Shown here: positions 1 through 16,597 of the stretch, piece after piece
How the letters are laid out: every line of letters starts with the position of its first letter
Numbering within the stretch: the first letter of the stretch is position 1
Source: Eledone cirrhosa
Taxonomy: Eukaryota
DNA length: 64,000 nt
Direction: 5' to 3'
Assembly (NCBI GenBank): GCA_964016885.1
Contig: OZ024740.1
Coordinates: forward strand, 411,804,001 to 411,868,000
Notes under the pieces: model-generated
What the model saw: the letters and a program-made list of their open reading frames with translations, nothing else
Told to the model about the DNA's origin: nothing
The model's database searches: none
Translations under genes and position numbers: made by a program

Positions 1-129
1 AAATAGCCGTCGAAACGGTTTGAGCTTGCCGACGGGGTCATCATTTTTCCTATTACCCACTGTACTACCCTAAGTATTGAGTACTCTGGTGCGTTATGGT
101 CCATCTGGTTCCTTACCACATTTCCTTCG

Positions 130-131
<2 letters not shown>
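1..131 (+). mobile_element. PLE-type terminal repeat (pLTR) remnant, family C, with the 3' half of a hammerhead-like motif
   Basis: Shares tattaccc..ctaagtattgagtac(t/g)ctggtgcgttatg..cttaccaca with 40731-40889 and 59161-59370; contains gtcGAAACgg; ends in (TA)n. Confidence 0.6.
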
Positions 132-2537
<2,406 letters not shown>

Positions 2538-2977
2538 GTGTGTGTATGTATTCACACTTGTATATGTGGGTGTGTATTATCCTCCAATATCAGTATTTTT
2601 GTATTTTTAAGGAAGGGAACAGGGTTAAGTAAACAATATTGTTTTAGTGAATTTCTTAATGAAAATAAAATTGAATAACATTCTCTAACAGGTTTAAATT
2701 ATTATTTATGTGGTTATCGATTCCTTGGATGTGAAACAAAATATAATTGAAAATAATCTCAGGTAAAACTTAGACGCAAGATATAATAATTAGAATAAAA
2801 CTTAAAAAGAAGTATTTTTTTTTAATGTGGTTTCTTTTCTTTTTAGAAGTGAATATTTTCTTCTAGTCTAAAATACCATTTCGTTGCAAATATCAACAAA
2901 AGTGATCATTTCCCTCTCTGTCTCTCTCTCTCTCCCTCTCTCTCTCAAGCTATATATATACATATAAATATTTTGTT

Positions 2978-3069
2978 ATAACTCTGGTTCATCTGAACCA
3001 TTGAGCACTTGCCTCACATCTCGGAGGTTGTTTTTCGTTATTTCGTGGACCGAAATGCGAATCTCGATA

Positions 3070-3075
<6 letters not shown>
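2978..3075 (+). repeat. Short interspersed repeat ending in (TA)n (copy at 46688-46785)
   Basis: ctctggtt..attgagc(a/g)cttgcc(t/a)cacatctcgga(g/a)gttgtttttcgtta..ccgaaat(g/a)cga(a/t)tctcg..aattta shared by both copies. Confidence 0.7.
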
Positions 3076-3129
<54 letters not shown>

Positions 3130-3412
3130 AAATGTGTGAGATCCTTGGTACAGTTAGGTATATTTGAAAAGAAAGAAAAGAATGACTTCACTTGTAGTGC
3201 TAAATAATTTTATTTTATTTTATAATATTTTAATATTATGAGTGGGTAGATCTAGTATATATATATATATATATATATATATACAAAGAATACGCCTAGC
3301 CAATCTCTTGGACCTTTAAGCGGTTGGAATGCATTTTTGACATTTAGGGTGATGTGCTGAAGCGAAGAGGTACTATACAATAGTTTATAATTGTTGAGAC
3401 CTTGAAAATGCG

Positions 3413-3545
3413 GAAAAAGAATTTTCTATCGGCCGCTACCAGGAATTGAACCCCGTATCTCCCAGTTACTCCATATCTCCAAGACGGTATCTGGGAAATA
3501 TGGAGTTCAATTCCTCATAGCGTCTGATATCAACATCCTTTTTCC
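3413..3545. repeat. Imperfect inverted pair of tRNA-like SINE head fragments
   Basis: gaaaaagaattttctatcggccgctaccaggaattgaaccccgtatctcccag is the approximate reverse complement of ctgggaaatatggagttcaattcctcatagcgtctgatatcaacatcctttttc; B-box-like gagttcaattcc. Confidence 0.5.
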
Positions 3546-4859
3546 TCTTCTAGCTGGGGAATTCCTTAAGTTCATTTCACTGCACTTCAAGAGTAAAATA
3601 GATACAGAAATTTGAAAGAAATTCTGTTAACGTTTCCTACTCTTAAAAAGCCCTCACGAGACAACAGCAGCACTCTTACTTCACTATCACATCACGCATT
3701 TGTTGTTACAAGAACTCATGTAGCTTTCTACTCAACGGAAATCGCCTTATGCAGTGCTTTAGTATATCATGCCAACGTAGAATTGATTTTTTAATCAGGT
3801 AGTTTTAATATAGGCGCTTATAAATAAAGACCGGATATTGAGAGAGTTAGTACAAAGTATCTTCTTCCTTATTCACTTTATCTTTTTTTGATTATATTGA
3901 AAAATATATAATTTATTTCTCTTTTTTTCATTTTTCTAGAAAAGTTGTGATTATAAATTGCTTCAGACAAGATTCCGCCGTAGCTAATTATAACACAGTG
4001 TATTTATATATTTGGTCATATATTTTCGCATCTTACGTTTATCGATGTATTCTTATTAAAGGTTTTCAGTTACATCTCCCAATATTTATTTTCGTAGTAA
4101 TTCTTGTGTGCGAATTTTGATATTTCAACCTAATATATTAAGTTTAACATATTACTTACAATATCGAGTACACATTTCTATTTATTTTAAACTGAAACAT
4201 TTATATCCCTGTTCTTCATCAAACACACGCACCAACACGCTCATATAAATGAGTATAAACAAGCAGATATACTATATATTAAGGAGTTACGCCGTATCTA
4301 AACATTTAAGAAACAACATCAAAACCATGCATGTAGATAATGAAGCTCTTTTCAAATGCCCATGATGAAATAACATTATCTGCGGGGATATAGCAAACTA
4401 TTTGAAGTTTGTGTAGGAACCTGTTTTGAAATTATCGCCTCTATTAAATCAATTAATAAGGATCTGGAGACAATTTGAAAAAGATTCAATATTCGTCCAA
4501 AAAGATGCTTGAATTAAATAAATACATGGCTTAAAATATATTGGTTGTTGTTATTAGCAGAACATCTGGAGGAAGAAATCCGCGATTATAGTGACAACAT
4601 TACTAGAGTGGAACTTATGTCATTGATCACTAAACTCGTAAGAGGCCCATTTCAATCTAGCAGGAATTAAAATTAGTTTAAAATTATGTGTCTAGATAGA
4701 AACATGTAAAAAGACCAATTGACATTTTCTGCAATGGAATGTTTTTAAACATAAACAAGTAAAAGATACAAGAAATTGTGCCTACGTAGGGACACAAAAT
4801 CAAATCTAGATCTTCTCTTTTTCTTCTTCTTCTGCTATATACTGCGGGCGAAAGAGTTT

Positions 4860-6185
4860 TGTTCTGGCACCGGATGGCAGGAGGAAACCTTGGTTCAAAC
4901 AAGAATTCAAAGATCCCATCCGAGCAAAGAATAAGGCCTACAAAGCGTGGCTCAGAAATAAGTCCTAGTTCTTGCACTTGCGGTACAAGCAGACACGAAG
5001 AATAGCAGCAGAGACACTAATGGCGTCCAAGTTAAGAGATGGGAGGACATTGGGACTAAGCTGAATACCGAAACCAGATCAGCAAATAAAGTGCTGTGGC
5101 ATAACAGCCGCGACTTCATAGTAAGAAGTCCTCCTTCACAAAATCTATCAGGAATACGTCTGCGGCTCTCCTCTCTACAATGAAGTACATCCCCGGGAGG
5201 TAGAGAGAATAATTTGCTGTTATCCTAAACCCGATCACAACGAGGTGAATCTGGGAGCAGTGACTAATTGCTCAGCGGCTGAGGTCACAAGAACAGGTAA
5301 AGTGCTTATATGTGACAAGGACGCTGGGGAAGATGAAATCCGTTCCGAGATGATAAAAAACCGTAAATAGAGAAGGTATTCTCTGGCTGACTCGTATGTG
5401 GCGGATGTCCTGGATCTTATGAAAGGCAAAAAGGAATGGTAATCGGAAGTGATAATTCCAATTTTCAAAAAAGAAATCAAAAGTGTTTGTTCCAATTAGA
5501 GAAGGATCTCCTTGTTAAGCCTCCCTGGTAAAGTCGTCTATGATAAGTGTCTGACAAATAGATGCAGGAATATTTTCGAGTCGAAGCTAGCTGATAAACA
5601 GTGTGGTTTTCGCCTCGGACGCAGCAGAGCTGAGCAAATATCGACGCTGTTTTAGGTTTTCGAGAAATCATGGGATTATTGTCAATAGGTATATCCTTGG
5701 TTTGTTGACTTTTAAATGGCATATGACCGCGTTCCCCTGGATATGCTGTGGAAAGTTCTGCAGGTGTATGTTATTCATGGTCAGCTTCGTGTTGCCGTGA
5801 CGTCTCTATACGAATGCTCGAGTATTTGGTTTCGGAGAAAGGTTACTAAATTGAAACCATTTAATGCGGGAGTTGGACACCTGTTCACTATTTTCATTAG
5901 CAGAATTGACATGCACAGCTGGTTTGTAAGTAGTATCATGCCTGGTAGGTGTAAAGTCGGTTGGGAGTTGCAGAAGAAGTGTTATTCCTTAACTCGACAG
6001 AAAATGATCACCGACTTGCCCTTGATAGGTTTTATGGACAGTGCTGCATGGATGGAATCAAAATCAGTGCTGCGGAAACTGATACACTCGTCTTCTCAAG
6101 GAAGCCTGCACAATGCACTCTACAAGTGAATCAAATCTATGGGATCAAGAAAATTAGCGAATGCGGATGTTTCCATTTTGGTTAG
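4860..6185 (+). mobile_element. Degraded RTE-clade LINE reverse-transcriptase fragment
   Basis: Frameshifted motifs PWFKQEFKDPIRAKNKAYKAWL, AGEDEIRSEMIK, IIPIFKK, ISLLSLPGKV, QCGFR and AYDRVPLDMLWKVL. Confidence 0.85.
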
Positions 6186-6425
6186 GATTAAACCACTTAA
6201 TTTTAGCTCCTGCTGTATACGTTGCAATAATGACCCGACATTTTTAAGAATTACATTCAAATAGTTGCGAAATTGTTCACTACCTACCCCTAGCAAATAT
6301 TTCCTCTCTTTAACCTTTACACATATAGAGTATTATTGGGTTTTCTTGGCTGTTTGAAAGATGTTTCCCTATCTAACTTACGCTTTGGTAAATATGCAAT
6401 CATGTATAATATCTGCATTTAGATG

Positions 6426-6476
<51 letters not shown>

Positions 6477-7397
6477 TATTTAGATACTTTTTATGAATTG
6501 TAAATTCAAAAAATACATTCCACCCGATGATAGCAAATAATAGCTTTAAGTTAGGTCAAGTAAATTCAAAAGGTATGTTTCCCTATAAATCTCACTATAG
6601 CATTATAATGAATGAATTTTTCTATTTCAGTACATCTTCAGAGTAAATATTGATTTGATATTCCTGTAAATCTGTTCTTGGAAACATAGAAGGACTAAAC
6701 CTACAACTCCCAATTCCGCGTTAAGACTAATTTCAGAAAATAAATTTCAGAAGTGTAATGTATCAAACGCGCCAAGTAAATGGCTTTTTTAAAAGTATAT
6801 TTTATTGTTTCTTTATGTGTGTTAATGAATCGTTTTGTTTATTTTCATCGTCGATTTAGTTAGCAATAAAAAGGAAAACAGCAATAACAACAAAAAACAT
6901 TACATCAAACACATGCAGATTATAGTTACGTCAGAAATATGAATGAAAAAATATGAATGTTTGCTTACTGATGTGCAAATGATTTTGAGTGCGTGTTGGT
7001 GAATGAGATAGTAATGTTGTACAACCTTTGCTATCTATTTGTGAATATGTTATGCATGCGTGTGTATCAGCTGAAACAAGCCATCAAGTGCCTAGTGCAT
7101 ATGGAAATATCAGTGTTAATTGAGAAGTACTTAAATTGCACTCCTGTTGAACTTATGAGAAATTTATATAATTTTAGAATTAATAATAGAATAATGCCAG
7201 GGCAAAATTTTAAGGAACAAAGAAAGTTGAGTAATTCTGAATAGAAACATTTCTGACGCCACGTACATTGCGCGAATCAAACTATAGACACATCGGCTCC
7301 TTAGATAAGAAAACAAGCATTACTTTAAAGTGGCATATACAGATTCGGCTATTTGTTTATGCATATATATATATATATATATATATAAATATAATAA

Positions 7398-7757
<360 letters not shown>

Positions 7758-8319
7758 TCAGTTGTTATCGTTCTGCATTGCTAATACCCCGTTATTAAAT
7801 TAGGTTTCCTAGAAACCCAAAGTGAATATAAATTTAATTCTATAATGTTGGTGTTATTTCTGAAGTGTATTAGGGATTTAAATACATTAAAGTCTCGAAT
7901 ATGGTAGATTGTAAAAATGCGACGAGATTGTTTTTATATTGATTCCTGACATATAAGCAATGCCTCCAATTTGAAGAATTGGCTTAACCCTTTAGCATTT
8001 AAACCATCCATATTCAACCAGTATTCTCTCAGCTCCTTTTGTTCAAACTGGCCATAACCGACCACTCATCATTTTTCTCAAAATATATAATATCAAAATC
8101 TCATTGATTCGATATTATATAAGATAATTATGTGGTAAAGCCTTTACCGTGAAAATGCAATAGTAATAATATGCCCACGCTGAGGGGTTAATGCGCTATA
8201 TGAAACGTAATATCAGACCAGATGGTAGTTGAACACAAGATATGAAGATGTTTTACGAAATGCTCAAATGTTTCATACCGCCGACTCTGCAAATGTACTT
8301 TGCACCACCGACAAGCCCA

Positions 8320-8428
8320 AATAATTGTTTCTACTTTAGGCACAAGGCCAGCTATTTCACCAGTGCATTAGTGGTACTTTATTTTATCGACCCCGTAAGG
8401 ATGAAAGGCAAAGTCCACCTCGGCGTGA
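8320..8428 (-). mobile_element. Partial tRNA-SINE (Deu/Nin-like core family)
   Basis: ggtactttattttatcgaccccgtaaggatgaaaggcaaagtccacctcggcg matches the 63424-63613 copy in reverse. Confidence 0.85.
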
Positions 8429-8745
8429 TTACTCGATGTTTTTATTATCAAAAGAAAAGGAAACGAGGAAAGGGGATTGTTATAATCGTTAAAACATGAG
8501 AAAACATATCTTTCAATATAAGTCCCGTTTCTTTAAGTTCGAAATTTAATCTCGGCGAGATCAATTTGTCATTCATCATTTCATAATCAATACAATATTA
8601 ACCAATCAAATAAGGAAACCAATGTAACTAACTGTTGCTTCTTTCTTGATTTATAAACTGGTGACACAGTGGGAGTGAAGGTTTGTTAGATGCTCTGAGT
8701 GTCTCACTTACTTTTCTGTTTATTTAGAAGTGGAAATTATACTGA

Positions 8746-8828
8746 TCAAATCTGTTCCTCCATACAAAAAGTTCCTGATTTTCTGTCTCTATTAAGAATC
8801 ATTGTTTCCATAGGATCTGCAGTCACTG
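8746..8828 (-). CDS. Candidate last coding exon of the minus-strand gene (AVTADPMETMILNRDRKSGTFCMEEQI*)
   Basis: Phase-1 compatible with exon 12195-12250; tacag/cag acceptor with a weak pyrimidine tract; perfect GTAAGT donor 34 nt after the stop (intron starts at 8711). Confidence 0.35.
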
Positions 8829-9131
8829 CTGTAGCATTTAATTATAGTTTTATTTCTAATACCGGTAGGTTGATACAATTTATTCATATATATTTTCATA
8901 TAAATTGTGACGATACTTTAAGGTTAGCCACTATCATTTTATAAGAGATATTCAGAGCGATGGATGACATGGATAATATTTTGAACTATATGCCTATTTA
9001 AAAAAAAATTTTTCGTTCATCTTCATGTTTAATATTGATGTTTCAAATAGCAATTTTTACTTGTACATTATATGTTTTGTTACATACAATTTATATACTA
9101 GGTGTTACGAAATATATTCTTAAAAATAAGA

Positions 9132-9587
9132 TTGGGAGAGCCATGTTATACTTTGGGAGAGTCGTGTTATACTTTGGGAGAGTCATGTTATACTTTGGGA
9201 GAGTCGTGTTATACTTTGGGAGAGTCATGTTATACTTTGGGAGAGTCGTGTTATACTTTGGGAGAGTCATGTTATACTTTGGGAGAGTCGTGTTATATTT
9301 GGGATATTCATGTTATACTTTGGGAGAGTTGTATTATACTTTGGGATAGTCATGTTATACTTTGGGAGAGTTGTGTTATACTTTGGGATAGTCATGTTAT
9401 ACTTTGGGAGAGTTGTGTTATACTTTAGGTTAGTCATGTTATACTTTGGGAGAGTCGTGTTATACTTTGGGAGAGTCATGTTAATCTTTGGGAGAGTCGT
9501 GTTATACTTTGGGATAGTCATGTTATACTTTGGGAGAGTCGTGTTATACTTTGGGAGAGTCGTGTTATACTTTGGGAGAGTCGTGTT
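9132..9587. repeat. 21-bp minisatellite (ttgggagagtcRtgttatact), about 21-22 copies
   Basis: Direct tandem array with alternating gtcgtg/gtcatg variants. Confidence 0.95.
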
Positions 9588-9899
9588 GCCAATAAAAGCA
9601 TAGGCACCTGTTGGGTTTAACTTCAATGTATTACATGTTCCATGTTGGCTGGTTTAACAACTCGATGGTGGTTTATTTGTTGTCAAAGCCTTTTCGTAAC
9701 ATATCTATGATCTTCACAGGGATAAATTTGTTATCTTTGATTTCATATAAACGACAACGACGATATCAACATACGAGAATAATACATTTGAAAATGTTGA
9801 TTGGTGGAAAGTATTTCCGTTGGACATGCAATATTATTGCCGACGTATAGAGTTGAAATAATGCACAAGTTTACTGATTAATGAAACAATGTTTCGATA

Positions 9900-11375
9900 T
9901 AGAAAGGACAATGGGATTGATGAGTTAATATCTGTATACAACAACTACAACGGTACGCGATGGGACCCACCCACAGCCCCGTGAACAGAATGGAGAAGGC
10001 GTTTCCCCGGAGGACGGCAAGGGACGCGCTGGAAAAGCCACTCCAACTCGCATGGCTCACACATGCGGCTGGCCAGCTCAGCGCCTATGGTGGTGACTAA
10101 GGAGGTAGCCCTGGGGCCGAGGACACCAGAAGTCTCCACTGTCAGGGGTACAACCGCAAACCTCTCGGAGAGCGACCGGTATTTGAGGAGTTTTGCCCCC
10201 TCAGCCCGACGTGCAGCAGAACCTGGGTCAGTCGCAGACTGCACCAGGTTGCGGCTGCAGAAAGTGTCGGTGCAAGTGGCATCCGAGACGAGGTGTTTGC
10301 CACCGTGGAACGGGAAGATGGTCATGCCATCTGGCCTTTTGCCGTCCCTTCGATCCAACCCCACCAGCTCGAGCTGGTAAGGGGACCGGATGCCGGGGAC
10401 CGGATGCCAAGGCCGTTATACCTGACAGGTAAAGTGGCCTGTTGCCACCCTATGTCGTCAAACTTGGCGTTGCATATCCCCTCGGCTGTTGATCGGATAC
10501 AAGTATCGAGGTCAGCGAGTAGAGATGTCTGGGTATAGCATGGAGGGGTGCGGAGTGTATAGAGGAGCTTCGGCATGGCGAAGAAATTCCTCAGCAGAAA
10601 GAGAGCTGGGTGGCCGTCAATCAAGCCCATTTGGCTCGAGACAGTCTGGAGCTGTTGAAGCCTGGACCTGATGGTGGAGCCGATGGCCAGCGGGTGGATC
10701 GGTGACCCGAGGATGAGGACATCCTCTTTGGGGATCACCTGAACCTGGCGGAGAATGGACCGCACGTCCAAGACAGATGCAGCAATGCTCGCAGCATCGA
10801 GGCTGACAGTCACCACCTCCGTCTTGGCCGAGTTGACCTGGAGGACGATTCCCGCCAGGGCAGGAAACATCGATTGAAGGTCATGGCAGACCGTCCGTAC
10901 TGCCCCGCCCAACGTAGTATCATCCAGATACCAAACGTTGAGAGGGGCCGTGATACTCCGGGCGATGTGGTCAATACCAAGGGCGAACAGGAGGTGTCCC
11001 AGAGGGTCGCCCTGTTGGACCCCAGTAGCCGAGGGTATGACCGTATCAGCAGCATGGAGCATGCTCGCGGCTCCATATGACAGGTAGGCCAGTGGGTAGG
11101 CAGGGGGGGCTCGGCTGAAGCAGGCCTCGAGCAGATCATCCCGGCGTAAAGAATGGAAGGCATTCCTCATGTCAAGCTTGACAATGAGGTGCCTGGAGTC
11201 CCTGGATGCCGGTTCCTATGGGAAGCTTTTGAAGAACTGCTTAGTTTCATGAGCGGCCCCCTCACAGCCACCGGACACGCCGACACCCAGTTGCACCGGA
11301 CTAAACTCCTCACCTAGTACGTGTGCTACGGACTTGCAGATTACCTTGGTAGCCAGCCTCCGGAAGACATTGCCC
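9900..11375 (-). mobile_element. CRE-like non-LTR retrotransposon (RT + restriction-like endonuclease), 5'-truncated and internally deleted
   Basis: KLDMRNAFHSLRR, GVQQGDPLGHLLFAL, WYLDD, QATLPVRYNGLGIR; RLE GLDRRDGKRPDGMTIFPF..SDATCTDT..KLLKY..PLTVETSGVLG. Visibly GC-rich versus its flanks. Confidence 0.88.
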
Positions 11376-11448
11376 ACATCTGTTTTACACTATCTTGTTT
11401 TTGTGTGTTGTCTGATGTTTACATGGGTTGTGCATGCGTGTGTGTGTG

Positions 11449-11502
<54 letters not shown>

Positions 11503-12194
11503 ACTTAATTATACATGTGCTTACTTGTCAAAAGTTGATTGCTTGTTCTATCTGGCTAAGCTTACGGTACTTCGTTTTTATTGCCATTATGAACCACCCA
11601 AAGTATAACCATATCTATTTCAGCACACGTATCAGATAAGAAATCTTACAAAAGAAATACACAAACAGATATTCTATATATTTTATTCTAAAAAAAGAAA
11701 AAACATTAAAAAGGAAAAATACTTATATTCTATATATTTTATTCACATTTCTTGATCTTCCTATCGCATACATTCTTTATTTATTGGATAAATTCAACAG
11801 TCATATGAAAACTATAATGCTGGCATTGTGTAACATGCCATGCCATACTACGAGTAAATCAGTAAGTATTATATATGTCATTGTGAACTGATATGAAAAT
11901 GTAATTTAAATATGCCTAAAGCCCAGCAAACTCAATTAACATTTCTTTATACTGCTTTTTATTACGAAGGGATATAAAAAACGAATATCTTTAATGTATG
12001 TAATCGACAATATATTACAATACATTGCAGCATCAAGGCTCTATAAAGAATCGAACTATTAACATAAATGAATGATAACTACCGGTAAAATCCCCCATGC
12101 GATATATATCTATTATTCAATCCTACAGTGACGAAATTAAACATTTATTATAGGATGATGGAAATCATCACAAGAAGCGGTGTGAATGATTTAC

Positions 12195-12250
12195 CACTGA
12201 CGCGTATTTTGCTATCGCTTTCTACTTTGTTCCACATCTTGATGGGATCC
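12195..12250 (-). CDS. Candidate internal exon (KDPIKMWNKVESDSKIRVS)
   Basis: cttagctttag acceptor, gtaaat donor; 56 nt, phase 2 to 1, open frame. Confidence 0.45.
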
Positions 12251-12476
12251 CTAAAGCTAAGTTGTTAAACAATCGATAAATAAAGATAAGATATACTGCA
12301 CTACACAAACTAGCGAAAGAAATATTAGGCACGTATGCGTTGGCCAATACTTGGATTATTTGTCGATATGTATACTACAGGGATTGCGAGAAGCAGTTCC
12401 ACCTACATAACTAGCCAACCATCTGAAACAACATAGGTAAATAACACAAGATACAAATATCGCTTACTGCTCTTAC

Positions 12477-12498
12477 TTATCAGGAAACATTGTGATAT
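12477..12498 (-). CDS. Candidate 22-nt micro-exon (DITMFPD)
   Basis: gtcattttag acceptor, gtaaga donor; phase 1 to 2, bridging the neighbouring exons in frame. Confidence 0.4.
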
Positions 12499-12724
12499 CT
12501 AAAATGACTATTATTTTAAATACGAAATTAGAATCGCGCGCACACACACAAGCGCATACGCACTTACACAGATCACACATAAACATATAGCAATTTGAGC
12601 CACTTTTTTCGACAGTATTAGAAACACTGTTACGTTGAACCCAAATGTATCAGGGAAGATAGAGGAAAAGGAATAGGAAATTGAAAAATGAAAAATGAGT
12701 TTGAAAATTTGACTCGTGCACTAC

Positions 12725-12833
12725 CTGTAACAGAACTGTTGTAGTGTGAAGAGGCAGTCTCCGAGCTTGGGTCAGGTCTAAAAAGCACTGCTTTGGGTAC
12801 ATCATCATTGTATGCCATGTCTTTTAATTTCAT
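12725..12833 (-). CDS. Candidate coding exon (MKLKDMAYNDDVPKAVLFRPDPSSETASSHYNSSVT)
   Basis: Open frame with raised GC; ACAG|gtagtg donor, phase 1. Confidence 0.4.
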
Positions 12834-15377
12834 TTTAATATTTTAATTAACGTAAGCGTTCCGTCTTCCATCGAAATTCGAAAGAAAAATGCTTTTTTAC
12901 CGAGAGTAAAAATACAAAGGTAGTTGCACAACGTGATGTAAATGTTGTAGAAGTCCAAATATAAAAGGGTGAACACAAATATTAAAACAAGTACTCGTAG
13001 TGATAAATTAAACGAGATCAGAAAAAGAATAACAGCCATAACATTGCAGAAATATACTTTCAATTGAGATTATTTTCATTTGTCATAGTAATTAAAGCAC
13101 ATTGTTTTTCAACATGAATTGTTTAGATGACAAGCTTGTGTAATAAAGTATTCATATCTTTCCACCGTGTCATTGAACTAGAAAGAAAGAATAACACTTA
13201 TCTCTTATAGATTGTCAAAATACGAGCGGGTTTCACCATGCCCACAAAAGAACAATTGACATTATCATTTTTATCTACGACTTTTTGTATTATTTTTATG
13301 TATTATTTCGTTCGTCCCATGTAATTTGTAATACAATTGTACAGGTTTAAAGGTGTGCACTAATTAGTCATGCTGGCAGTAATAATATAAACCTAAAATA
13401 AAAATATTTCAACAGCTACTAAAAAACAGCAACATTAATTATAACAAAACTTTTAATATTATAATATACTAATTATAATTGATCTAATGTTTGTTATCGT
13501 TTTCATTGGTAACATTATCCCCATTATCATTATTATATTATTGAATAATACACTGGGTAATTGCTGGCCTTGTGCCAAAAGAAGAAATAATTATTATATT
13601 ATTGACCTTTTTTCAAATAAAAACCTATTCATTTTATTCTTACAAAATTATAATTCATATTAATTTTAATAAACCATTGCGTAAATTATAGTAAATTATG
13701 AAATTGTTTACATATTTCTCATAACGACAGAATAACTAATCCGCTACTCAACATAAAGAACGCGTTAAAAACTAATTACCGAAGACAAGGAAATTGAAAT
13801 GTATGACATATCATCATCTACATACTTATCATGTAATTATTTGATGAGTATATTGTTTTCTAATTTCAAAGTTTAAAATGTTTTAGGAATAAAGAAAACT
13901 TACTGTTCAAAAATGATAAAAAAGCTGGCAAGGATTATTGCCGTATTTAGCTCTATCTCTTACACGTCTATACTTAAATTGTAAAACTACGAAATAAACA
14001 ATCCTGGAAACACAGAGATCGGTATAACAAGGCTCTAATTACGTCTTTTGTTGGCTATAACCTGAATAAAGTTGTGTATATGAAAAAAGGACTTCTTTTC
14101 ACAAGAGCATGTTTAAAAATGTAACACGCTGCAAATAAAATGTTATACCTTAATACAATTGGTTTAACTTTTGCACTTGTGACACGCATAATGACTCATG
14201 TTTGTATTAGTTCACAATTGTTTCAGGTCATAGCAAGTCTGGACGTAATTTATATGTATTAAAGAGCAATTGTTTAAAATATCATATGTCACGATTGACC
14301 AAATGCCTTCTATCATAGCGATACGTGACCGGTATTTAAGAATGAGGAATTAGATGTAGAGATAATTAGTTTCTGATCCACGCTTTGAAAGCTTAAACAA
14401 ATGTGAAAAACATTCTCTTAATTCCGTTAATCTATATGTATAAAGATGACTATATGATTCACAGTTAATTATCTGGACATCAATATACAAGTTGCTCCAT
14501 TTTCGTCCACAAACCAAGCTATAGTCAATGCTGTTCATCCATCCCAAACACAAAGTTAATCTGAAATGGTTAAATTTATTTTTAATAATATGCATTCGTT
14601 GTTTGCGTAATTAATTAAATAGTATTCATAGATAAACATAGTATAACTTTAAATATGAAAAAAATGTTATGCATCTATAGTCTACAATATTTGTTATGAA
14701 AATTTAAACAAATATATTTCCTACTAATTTACCAAACTGTACTACCATATACTTCCTTGTTTGATTATCTATTTTATTATCGTTGTTCAGATACGTGACC
14801 AAATAGACTTAAAATCTGATTTGAAATTTGTATCAAATTTTCAATTGACAGAAAAATATGAATACTTAGCCTGTTCTAAATATGTAAACATTTAATATGT
14901 AAATTTATATACACATTTACTTAGCCACGATTAAATCTATTTTGTTATATGTCTATGGGTATATAACTTTATCAAATAATTCCGCTGCTTAGCACTACTT
15001 ACATAGCTACACACTCACAGTAACTTTATATATACTATTACACTGACTATGTTCCTTATGTATGTGTAGATAGCTACTTTATCTACGCCAGTACTTAACA
15101 CACAACTAAATATATAACTCTATGATTGTATGTTATTCACGATGGGATTTGTGACATATTTTTGTTCTTTCAACCACCATTCTTGACTTGAACAAACTCA
15201 ACTCAATTGATGTCAACAGAAAATAAAATTCGGTATGGTGTCTTGACATATGACGAAACAAATTAAACAAATTAAAATGTGTCACATTTGTCACACTCTT
15301 TTCAAATATTAAATAAACCTATATTAACACACGCACATCTTATATAGATAAATATATATATGAACTGTACACACCCG

Positions 15378-15700
<323 letters not shown>

Positions 15701-15722
15701 ATATATATATATATATATATAT

Positions 15723-15896
15723 ATGGCTTCTACAGGACTAGATCTGTTTCATTCGGTAGAAATCATCAGGAAGCTGACTGACATCTCCCCAATGAAACAG
15801 TTCTAATCCTGTAGAAGCCATTTCTATATTAAACATTTATATTCTACTACGTATTGAGTAACTTACTATGGTTACCCCCGATTGAACCCGGGATAA

Positions 15897-15897
<1 letters not shown>
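15723..15897. mobile_element. Hairpin element with a minus-strand hammerhead core
   Basis: Arms 15723-15753 / 15791-15821; minus strand reads CTGATGA-tttc-tacc-gaat-GAAAC-agatcta-GTC (15769 to 15736); tail to about 15897; microsatellite flanks. Confidence 0.7.
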
Positions 15898-15950
<53 letters not shown>

Positions 15951-16471
15951 CATGAGAGAAAGAAAAAGAAAGAGGAGTGAGTGTGAATGTATTATGATAG
16001 TGTGGTGAGGAAAGAATGATATTCCTTCATACATAGATACATCTTTAATTATTGACAGATTCTATGCAGCATTATAACACTACAACATTCAAAATGTTTT
16101 AACTTTCGGCAAGCAAAATGAAAAATTCAAAAGTTAAATGTCACTGTATAATTCAATATACTCAACATATATACTGAACATACATATTTTTACTTAAAAC
16201 GGTTTTTTCTTTCATTTAAATATGTCTAATCAATGTTCTGCTCTACAATCCGATCGAAGCAACCGCAAATTCTTCCCCCAGTTGCTGTTATGCATGACCT
16301 CTAGGAATGAGTTCATTATCAGAGCTGGTAGGTCAATGAAAATCATAACTTGTGATATTTAGTTACGTTTCATAATATTCTGAATATTCCGGTGTTAATA
16401 ATATAAATACAAACACATTTCCTTGTGATATAGTTTGTTTGTGTACATTATATCCACCTGATCCATCAGAC

Positions 16472-16597
16472 CTCCAATGAACGAGTTTCAATACATTCAT
16501 CTGGAATCATCGAATGTCTCCCAACTATTTTTGTACCAATAATTTGATCTGATGAATATTTGGTTTCTATTTCCCGTATAGGTTCCCCATTTGTTTT
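16472..16597 (-). CDS. Candidate exon (KTNGEPIREIETKYSSDQIIGTKIVGRHSMIPDECIETRSLE)
   Basis: ctctttag acceptor, 126 nt open in phase 0, weak gtctga donor; loosely resembles the end of a YWTD propeller. The frame is ambiguous. Confidence 0.25.

Noticed and set aside
77-187. N-terminus of the 572-aa ORF
   Set aside because: TTG start inside an unrelated repeat plus (TA)n; not part of the RT.
9035-9626. Heptad-repeat ORFs or a CRISPR-like array
   Set aside because: A pure 21-bp tandem repeat with no unique spacers, open in several frames, in a eukaryotic context.
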